Virus record (IMG/VR): IMGVR_UViG_3300044212_000014
Span: 1-64,000 of that record
Source of the DNA: a virus
Taxonomy: Duplodnaviria > Caudoviricetes
Direction: 5' to 3' (one strand)
Length of the DNA: 64,000 nt
Each line of letters starts with the position of its first letter. Position 1 is the stretch's first letter. This document shows, piece by piece, positions 54,136 to 59,631 of this stretch. The notes under the pieces were generated by a model. The model had not been told where the DNA came from. It saw only the letters and a list, made by a program, of their open reading frames with translations, and ran no database searches. A program made the position numbers and the translations under genes.

Positions 54136-54450
54136 TTATAGTAATACAGAATCTTGAATTTCTTCCGTTGCGAGTGCTATTGACTCTTGATTCAGTCCGG
54201 CCTTAATACCTTTTATTGCACCGCATACTTTTTCGTAAGTGGTAAATAGTAACTCAATTTTGAATGTCTTCTCGGTTATAACCTGCCCGTTTTCATGAGT
54301 ATACACGCCCTCTGCGCCTACAAACGTAGCGCCGTCAATTCCATTCTTTGCAAACTCTCCATTGATAATGGATTTTGCCTTTTTAACAGAGATAATTTGT
54401 TTCTTTAAATCCTTGTCAGCTAAGCCGACGTATAACGTATATCTTTTCAT
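54136..54450 (-). CDS. Candidate SAM lyase / DUF3574-like ferredoxin-fold protein
   Basis: YTLYVG...G.T...A.GVY.HENG....EKT..IE...LNQESI resembles the GCY...EEKT...EQD core of T3 SAMase. Confidence 0.55.
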   Translation of the reverse strand: MKRYTLYVGLADKDLKKQIISVKKAKSIINGEFAKNGIDGATFVGAEGVYTHENGQVITEKTFKIELLFTTYEKVCGAIKGIKAGLNQESIALATEEIQDSVLL

Positions 54451-54498
54451 ATCAACTCCACCTTTCAAAGTTATTATATCACGTTTTTACAGCTTTGT

Positions 54499-54801
54499 CT
54501 ACTGTTTTTCCAGCCACTCTTTCAACTCGTTCATATCAAACGGGCATTTAAAATCATCTAAACTATTAAAACTAATTAAGTCATCTCCTATTTCTGATAG
54601 GGTAAAAAAATTGTCGTCCGTAGAATATAATCCAGTTTCTACCATCCACGCCATTTCCCAAGGGGTAGATTCGTTGAACCAGTGGTTAAAGTGGTCAGGA
54701 ATATTTTCATGAATCCTATCACCTTCTCGTCCTTTTTCGCCAATCATGTCATTCCATAAACCAATCAATTCCATATCTGTTAAGTTTTTTAAATTTACCA
54801 T
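54499..54801 (-). CDS. Acidic hypothetical protein (paralogue of 51438-51755)
   Basis: Shared WN...SFNSL.D..P.D..L pattern. Confidence 0.6.
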   Translation of the reverse strand: MVNLKNLTDMELIGLWNDMIGEKGREGDRIHENIPDHFNHWFNESTPWEMAWMVETGLYSTDDNFFTLSEIGDDLISFNSLDDFKCPFDMNELKEWLEKQ

Positions 54802-54802
54802 G

Positions 54803-55042
54803 TTAATTATTCCTTTCTTGAAAACGGCATCCAAAACTGAAATATGTTTTATGTGAAGAAATTTCTATAAACCTAACTGGCTTATAAAAACCAGTACGAT
54901 GTCTAAAACCTATAGCACCTAGACGAGCAAGTTCTTTTTTTGTAAGTAACTGCCCTTCTACTACCGGAATGTGAGATACACAAACCGCGTTTTTGTTTTT
55001 TGTGATGATAACTCCATCCGTCATGATTTTATAATATTTCAT
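54803..55042 (-). CDS. Small basic hypothetical protein directly downstream of hammerhead HH2
   Basis: GAGGAGG RBS then ATG (MKYYKIMTDG). Confidence 0.6.
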   Translation of the reverse strand: MKYYKIMTDGVIITKNKNAVCVSHIPVVEGQLLTKKELARLGAIGFRHRTGFYKPVRFIEISSHKTYFSFGCRFQERNN

Positions 55043-55061
55043 TTTAACTCCTCCTCTACCT

Positions 55062-55120
55062 ATCTCATCAGTGTATAGCCAGTAACCGCTATACAGACAG
55101 GGCAAATGCCCTGTTTCGAT
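55062..55120 (-). ncRNA. Type II hammerhead ribozyme HH2
   Basis: Minus strand: AUC-GAAA-CAGGGC(AUUU)GCCCUG-UC-UGUAUAGC(GGUUACUG)GCUAUACA-CUGAUGA-GAU. Canonical GUC triplet; cleavage predicted between 55096 and 55095. Confidence 0.9.
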
Positions 55121-55282
55121 TCGCCCACCTGTCACGTAGGAAGTCTTTCTGTAAATTCAATTTTCAAAGAACAGGTGTTCGCGTGGGAAACAACCCACGT
55201 TCCCGTTTTCATACTGGTTACATTCTCAGTAATAGCAAGTTACTATTACCTATCCGACCACTGCCGGACTTTCTATGGCTCT

Positions 55283-55311
55283 ATTATACAACCCTTGATT
55301 CAACTTGTCAA
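55283..55311 (-). promoter_or_regulatory. Early sigmaA promoter
   Basis: TTGACA-17 bp-TATAAT with extended TG. Confidence 0.85.
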
Positions 55312-55376
55312 GCAAATCTTTTTTGAATGTAGACTGTCGCTATCTGCCGTTTCTACACCGGGAGATTTACTGGTTT

Positions 55377-55431
55377 GTCTCGTCAGTATACAGAGAACCA
55401 TTCTGTATATACGGGCATTGCCCGTTTCGAC
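55377..55431 (-). ncRNA. Type II hammerhead ribozyme HH3
   Basis: Minus strand: GUC-GAAA-CGGGC(AAU)GCCCG-UA-UAUACAGA(AUGGUUC)UCUGUAUA-CUGACGA-GAC. Loop I UGGUU can pair with the AACCA just 3' of stem II. Cleavage predicted between 55410 and 55409. Confidence 0.9.
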
Positions 55432-55448
55432 CTCTACCTTTCTCCTTC

Positions 55449-55477
55449 ATTCTACCATACTATTTCTTGCCTGTCAA
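55449..55477 (-). promoter_or_regulatory. Early sigmaA promoter
   Basis: TTGACA-17 bp-TAGAAT with extended TG. Confidence 0.8.
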
Positions 55478-55547
55478 GGGATTTTGTGTGCCTGGCGACT
55501 GCCGATATTATCCGTCCTTCCAATCTGTCTGTCCCTTGACACTTACT

Positions 55548-55576
55548 ATCTTACATTATTTTGACCTGTTTGTCAA
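55548..55576 (-). promoter_or_regulatory. Early sigmaA promoter
   Basis: TTGACA-17 bp-TAAGAT. Confidence 0.7.
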
Positions 55577-55585
55577 GCCTTTTCT

Positions 55586-55837
55586 TTACAGTGATTCCCA
55601 ACCCGTTTTTTCGAGGTACTGGATGTCTACACATCCATATGCTTCTCCTATAGAATCAAGAGGGGCAAAAGACGAATCGTTTGAAGAAAGGCCGTGAAAG
55701 TAAACCTTTCCGCCCCCGTCCACAAGCCGGAATTTGTGAACGCATTTTTCTTTGATAAACCTTGCGGTTTTATATCCGGTCAACTTCTTTTCACCTGCGT
55801 TTGTGTCATTGATAAAATCCTTTGTAATTATGAACAT
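55586..55837 (-). CDS. First early gene, small hypothetical protein
   Basis: AAGGGG RBS before MFIITK; F.L.D..G..YF.G...FAPLD..G...GC..I.Y phage family pattern. Confidence 0.6.
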   Translation of the reverse strand: MFIITKDFINDTNAGEKKLTGYKTARFIKEKCVHKFRLVDGGGKVYFHGLSSNDSSFAPLDSIGEAYGCVDIQYLEKTGWESL

Positions 55838-55883
55838 ATCGGTCGCCCCTTTTCTAATAACCATTAACTTAACTTGCAAGCTC

Positions 55884-55912
55884 ATTGTACCATGTAGTGA
55901 AGGTGTTGTCAA
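55884..55912 (-). promoter_or_regulatory. Outermost early sigmaA promoter
   Basis: TTGACA-17 bp-TACAAT with extended TG. Confidence 0.8.
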
Positions 55913-55975
55913 GGAATATTTTGAAATTGGTGGGAAAACATTTTCACGTTCTCCTATAATGATATATATATAAGA

Positions 55976-56095
55976 AACAATACCTAGTATGGTATATACC
56001 TATAGGGAGTAAGAGTATAAAGGTATACCCAGTTAGGGTATGAACCCATAGGGGGTATAAGTACATAGGTATAGGGGGTATGGGTATGGCATTTG
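55976..56095. repeat. Cluster of degenerate TAGGG(GG)TAT / TACC repeats in the long non-coding gap
   Basis: TATAGGGAGT, TTAGGGTAT, CATAGGGGGTAT, TATAGGGGGTATGGGTAT. Confidence 0.55.
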
Positions 56096-56666
56096 GAACG
56101 GCGGGAAAAAGAAGAAACGTTCCTATTTAATAATAACCCTATTCTTTATATATACAGTAGTAAGTAGTAACAGAGATTAAATGATAAAGAGTATTTGTTA
56201 GTAGTTTACATTATTAGATAACTAAAAACACAGAAACATATAAAAATAACTAATAATACTTAAAAATACATAGTTTTAGACACTTCATATCCATTACTAA
56301 TACCCATTACTTAACAATAATTATTCCTTAAGAATGGCTTAACAGAGCCGTTTATAGCGATAATGAGTATCATTCTCAGGGGGTGGGGCTTCGTCAGGGC
56401 AAAGGAATGGCGGGGGGGCGATATTAGGGAAGTTATTCCAATCTTATACGTCCATTTTTTTACCAAATTACGTTTTCCAAAAAATTTTTTACAATTTTCC
56501 ATACCTATTTATATAAATATACAGCGTTTTTGCATAAAACTATCATATAACACGGGGTTTGTACCGACAAATGCTAATATATATACAAATATAGTGTAGT
56601 AATGTACTGATAGTAAGACAAAAGAAAGTAAAGAAGACGAATAATAGTGTAAAGGGGAGATATAAT

Positions 56667-58103
56667 ATGGATAATAAAGTAGTAATGGCGAAGCTGTTTA
56701 GTGACGCTAAGAAAGACTTATTGTTATTCAGAAAGGTTTTCCTTCCAGTCCCCGGAAAAGAATTACCAACGCCGGAATACCAGAAAGAATGGGGCAATGT
56801 ATTAATACGAGGAGAGCATCATTACGCGGTCGAGGGCTATCGTGAGTCTGGCAAGTCCAGTTTAGTACTCAGGGCCTTTCCACTACACTGTTTAACATAC
56901 CCATCCAAGAAGAACCAATACATTGTATTCATTATGGCAAACCAATCCAGCGCCAGTAAGAGGCTAAAGGAAATCGAGACAGAATGGTTACATGACGAAT
57001 TACTTTCGATGAATTTAGTTAGGGTAGTAGAGCAATCCGCTACTGGTTTCGAAGTTATTGTAAAAGATGATAATGGAGAAGAAATGTGGGTACGGCTAGA
57101 GGCCTATGGTAAGGGTTCCGCAGTCCGTGGATTATTGGTACATGATTGTCGTCCCTCGCTCGTTCTGATTGATGACCCGCAAGATACGGACGATAGCAAG
57201 TCTGACACGGTACAAGAAAACGACTGGGAATGGTTCTTATCTGACATCCTGTTTCTAGGGAAAGAAACCCGTATATTTCTAATTGGGAATAACTTAGGTG
57301 AGAAATGCCTAATAGAACGGATTATTGAGAACCAGAAAGACCTTGGGTTTGTAGGGGTACGTATTCCCATACTTGATATGGAGGGTAATAGTGTATGGCC
57401 TGAACGGTGGAGTACTGAGGATGTCATAGCAGAACGAGAAAGTATGAGGCGTATTGGGAAGTTAGATGTATGGGAACGGGAGAAAATGTGCCTAGCTATT
57501 TCCCCAGAAAGCCAATTATTCCGTAAAGAGTACTTCCGTTACTACGAACCGCAGAATCTTCATATCCGAGACTTAAATGTATTCACTACGGTCGATTTAG
57601 CCATCTCTAAAAAAGAAACAGCCGACTATACAGTAGTATGTACAATCGGCGTAAATGCGGATAATCAATGGTTCCTGTTAGATGTCCAATTCGGAAGATG
57701 GGATCCCTCGGAAAGTATGGATCATATATTCGAAGCGGTAACACGGTATAAGCCCTTATACGTAGGGATAGAAAAGGTAGCATACCAAGCGGCGTTATCT
57801 CACTTTATTGAAAAGGAAATGCCTAAGCGTAATATATTCTTTACGACAAAGGACTTGGAAGCGAAAGAGAAGAAAGAAGAACGTATTAAAGCAATACAAC
57901 CTAGGTTCAAAGCTGGTACTGTTATGTTTGCTAAAGGAGCTAGTTACCTAGGAGAATTGGAAAGTGAACTGTTAGCTTTCCCGAAGTCTCTACATGATGA
58001 TTTGATTGATGCACTGGCATATCAAGATCAGATTTACTTCGCTCCCGTAAGCTCATTTGAAAAAGTGGAAGGGGAACAAATACCCCTAGCAGGAGCTATG
58101 TAA
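56667..58103 (+). CDS. terL: Terminase large subunit
   Basis: Walker A-like GYRESGKSS, VRGL...RP.LVLIDDPQ, RNase H-like VDLAIS, IEKVAYQ, HDDLIDAL. Confidence 0.92.
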   Translation: MDNKVVMAKLFSDAKKDLLLFRKVFLPVPGKELPTPEYQKEWGNVLIRGEHHYAVEGYRESGKSSLVLRAFPLHCLTYPSKKNQYIVFIMANQSSASKRLKEIETEWLHDELLSMNLVRVVEQSATGFEVIVKDDNGEEMWVRLEAYGKGSAVRGLLVHDCRPSLVLIDDPQDTDDSKSDTVQENDWEWFLSDILFLGKETRIFLIGNNLGEKCLIERIIENQKDLGFVGVRIPILDMEGNSVWPERWSTEDVIAERESMRRIGKLDVWEREKMCLAISPESQLFRKEYFRYYEPQNLHIRDLNVFTTVDLAISKKETADYTVVCTIGVNADNQWFLLDVQFGRWDPSESMDHIFEAVTRYKPLYVGIEKVAYQAALSHFIEKEMPKRNIFFTTKDLEAKEKKEERIKAIQPRFKAGTVMFAKGASYLGELESELLAFPKSLHDDLIDALAYQDQIYFAPVSSFEKVEGEQIPLAGAM

Positions 58104-58109
58104 CGGGGC

Positions 58110-58138
58110 TTGACAAAACCTGATTTATATGATATAAT
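58110..58138 (+). promoter_or_regulatory. sigmaA promoter for the tRNA cluster
   Basis: TTGACA-17 bp-TATAAT with extended TG. Confidence 0.85.
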
Positions 58139-58288
58139 ATAACTAACCTCAAGAGAGAGGAGTTGATTAGTATTAACGGTACTACATCTAACATAATCTG
58201 AGAGGGGGTGGTCAAAGAATCATGTCCGAACTTTGTAGCCTGTCAGAATGGGTGAGTTTGGTAGGACATTCCTTTTAAGGAGGACGAC

Positions 58289-58465
58289 ATGGATAAATTT
58301 ATAGAATGTTGCAAGGGATTGTTTGTTGTTTTACTTGCTGTATTGGTAACAGAGGGCATTGGTGTAGCGGCGTATAACGCATTTGATATGACTGGTTTTA
58401 TCTTATCTGGCGTTATTGTAACGGCATTCATTGGTTATATAGCCTCTGATATCACTATCGGCTAA
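58289..58465 (+). CDS. 58-aa two-TM membrane protein
   Basis: AAGGAGG RBS; MDKFIECCKGLFVVLL... Confidence 0.55.
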   Translation: MDKFIECCKGLFVVLLAVLVTEGIGVAAYNAFDMTGFILSGVIVTAFIGYIASDITIG

Positions 58466-58468
58466 TAT

Positions 58469-58542
58469 TGCGGGGTATTTTAATGGCAGAATACTAGGCT
58501 CATTCCCTAGTGACGAGTGTTCGACTCGCTCTCCCGCAACCA
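58469..58542 (+). tRNA. tRNA-CAT (Met or Ile2) with an atypical U37
   Basis: Acceptor TGCGGGG/TCCCGCA-A-CCA; CTAGG-ctCATtc-CCTAG. Confidence 0.8.
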
Positions 58543-58543
58543 T

Positions 58544-58618
58544 GCTTGTGTGGCGCAATGCTAGCGCAACTGACTTGTAATCAGTAGGTTGAAAGTTGGA
58601 ATCTTTCCACAAGCTCCA
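58544..58618 (+). tRNA. tRNA-Thr(TGT) with a C19-G56 elbow
   Basis: GCTTGTG/CACAAGC-T-CCA; ACTGA-ctTGTaa-TCAGT; D loop AATGCTA; T loop TTGGAAT. Confidence 0.85.
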
Positions 58619-58621
58619 TAC

Positions 58622-58696
58622 ACCTTGGTAGTTCAATGGTAGAGCGCCTGACTGTTAATCAGGAAGTTGTAGGTTCGAATCCTACCCTTGGTGCCA
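58622..58696 (+). tRNA. tRNA-Asn(GTT) with two U.U mismatches in the acceptor stem
   Basis: CCTGA-ctGTTaa-TCAGG; acceptor ACCTTGG/CCTTGGT-G-CCA. Confidence 0.8.
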
Positions 58697-58699
58697 CAT

Positions 58700-58773
58700 A
58701 GGGGAGTCGTTCAATGGCAGGACATGAGACTTTGACTCTCAGAATCTTAGTTCAATTCTAAGTTCCCCTTCCA
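58700..58773 (+). tRNA. tRNA-Gln(TTG)
   Basis: AGGGGAG/TTCCCCT-T-CCA; TGAGA-ctTTGac-TCTCA. Confidence 0.85.
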
Positions 58774-59017
58774 AAATGGAGGAATAAAAGTCGGCATTCC
58801 TCAGCTATAATGAGTGATGTAGCACGGTTATGGTACTGCACTACAGATGGCTAAACCTACAGTGATGTCATCATGGGCGCCGCCCCTAATAGTCGAGGGA
58901 TAAAAGCAGACTAACGATACGTACATCGGGACTTATATTGTATGTCTGATCTATAGACGGACTTGATGTGGTCTTGATTTCCTTTTGGAGGGTTAGCGGG
59001 TTAAATGCCTCCCCCAT

Positions 59018-59104
59018 GGATGATTGGCAGAATGGCTATTGCAACTGTCTTGAAAACAGTCAAACCGAAAGGTTTTGTGGGTTCGAATCCTACATCATCC
59101 TCCA
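59018..59104 (+). tRNA. tRNA-Ser(TGA)
   Basis: GGATGAT/ATCATCC-T-CCA; ACTGT-ctTGAaa-ACAGT; long variable arm. Confidence 0.9.
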
Positions 59105-59108
59105 ACAT

Positions 59109-59194
59109 GTTAGGGTGGGCGAGTGATTAATGCCAGCAGTCTGTAAAACTGCCCTCTTCGGAGTTCGTAAGTTTGAATCTTACCCCTAGCACCA
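59109..59194 (+). tRNA. tRNA-Tyr(GTA) with an A19-U56 elbow
   Basis: GTTAGGG/CCCTAGC-A-CCA; GCAGT-ctGTAaa-ACTGC; D loop GAGTGATTA; T loop TTTGAAT. Confidence 0.85.
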
Positions 59195-59197
59195 CAT

Positions 59198-59274
59198 ACT
59201 AGACTGGTGCAACTGGCAGACACAATGGTCTTAGAAGCCATAAAGTAAGGGTTCGAATCCCTTGTCTAGTACCA
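59198..59274 (+). tRNA. tRNA-Leu(TAG) with a short variable region
   Basis: ACTAGAC/GTCTAGT-A-CCA; ATGGT-ctTAGaa-GCCAT. Confidence 0.9.
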
Positions 59275-59289
59275 CATATTTGATTTAAG

Positions 59290-59314
59290 AGTCGCTCTAC
59301 GGAGCGACTTTTTT
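59290..59314 (+). terminator. Rho-independent terminator after the tRNA cluster
   Basis: AGTCGCTC-TACG-GAGCGACT followed by a T tract. Confidence 0.85.
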
Positions 59315-59316
59315 AT

Positions 59317-59619
59317 ATGCAAAAAAAGGATGGAGTTGTTATTATGAAGTGTCATGAAGACCCAGACTTTTCAGATCACAAGTTATATGGCCCGTTTTTA
59401 GACGTTGGCTTTAATTTTATTGTAAATGTAGATCGGGTTACAAGTATAATACCGATGCTCGGATTAAAAGCAAAGCGTCTATACCTAGAAAAAAGAGACG
59501 CTGGCCTCATTATTGATGCTACGCGGGGACGTAAAAAGCAATGCCTTATCGTACTGGATACAGGCGAGGTAGTAGCATGTGCGTTTAGACCGAAAACAAT
59601 TATTGACAGACAGTTCTAA
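59317..59619 (+). CDS. RemA/DUF370-like protein
   Basis: LDVGFN.IV..DRV..I......KR......G.IIDATRGRK...IV.DTG.VV...RP.TI matches the RemA (YlzA) pattern; start uncertain. Confidence 0.75.
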   Translation: MQKKDGVVIMKCHEDPDFSDHKLYGPFLDVGFNFIVNVDRVTSIIPMLGLKAKRLYLEKRDAGLIIDATRGRKKQCLIVLDTGEVVACAFRPKTIIDRQF

Positions 59620-59631
59620 GGAGGTGTAACG

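Noticed and set aside
55190-55262. Fourth hammerhead-like element (minus strand: hairpin-CUGAGA-stem-GAAAA-ACG GGAA CGU)
   Set aside because: The core lacks N7 (CUGAGA instead of CUGANGA) and no UH cleavage site follows stem III
55976-56095. Mini-CRISPR array
   Set aside because: Repeats are short, degenerate and irregularly spaced, with no unique 30-40 bp spacers
56390-56402. CUGACGA on the minus strand near the G-rich tract
   Set aside because: No flanking stems or GAAA in hammerhead geometry
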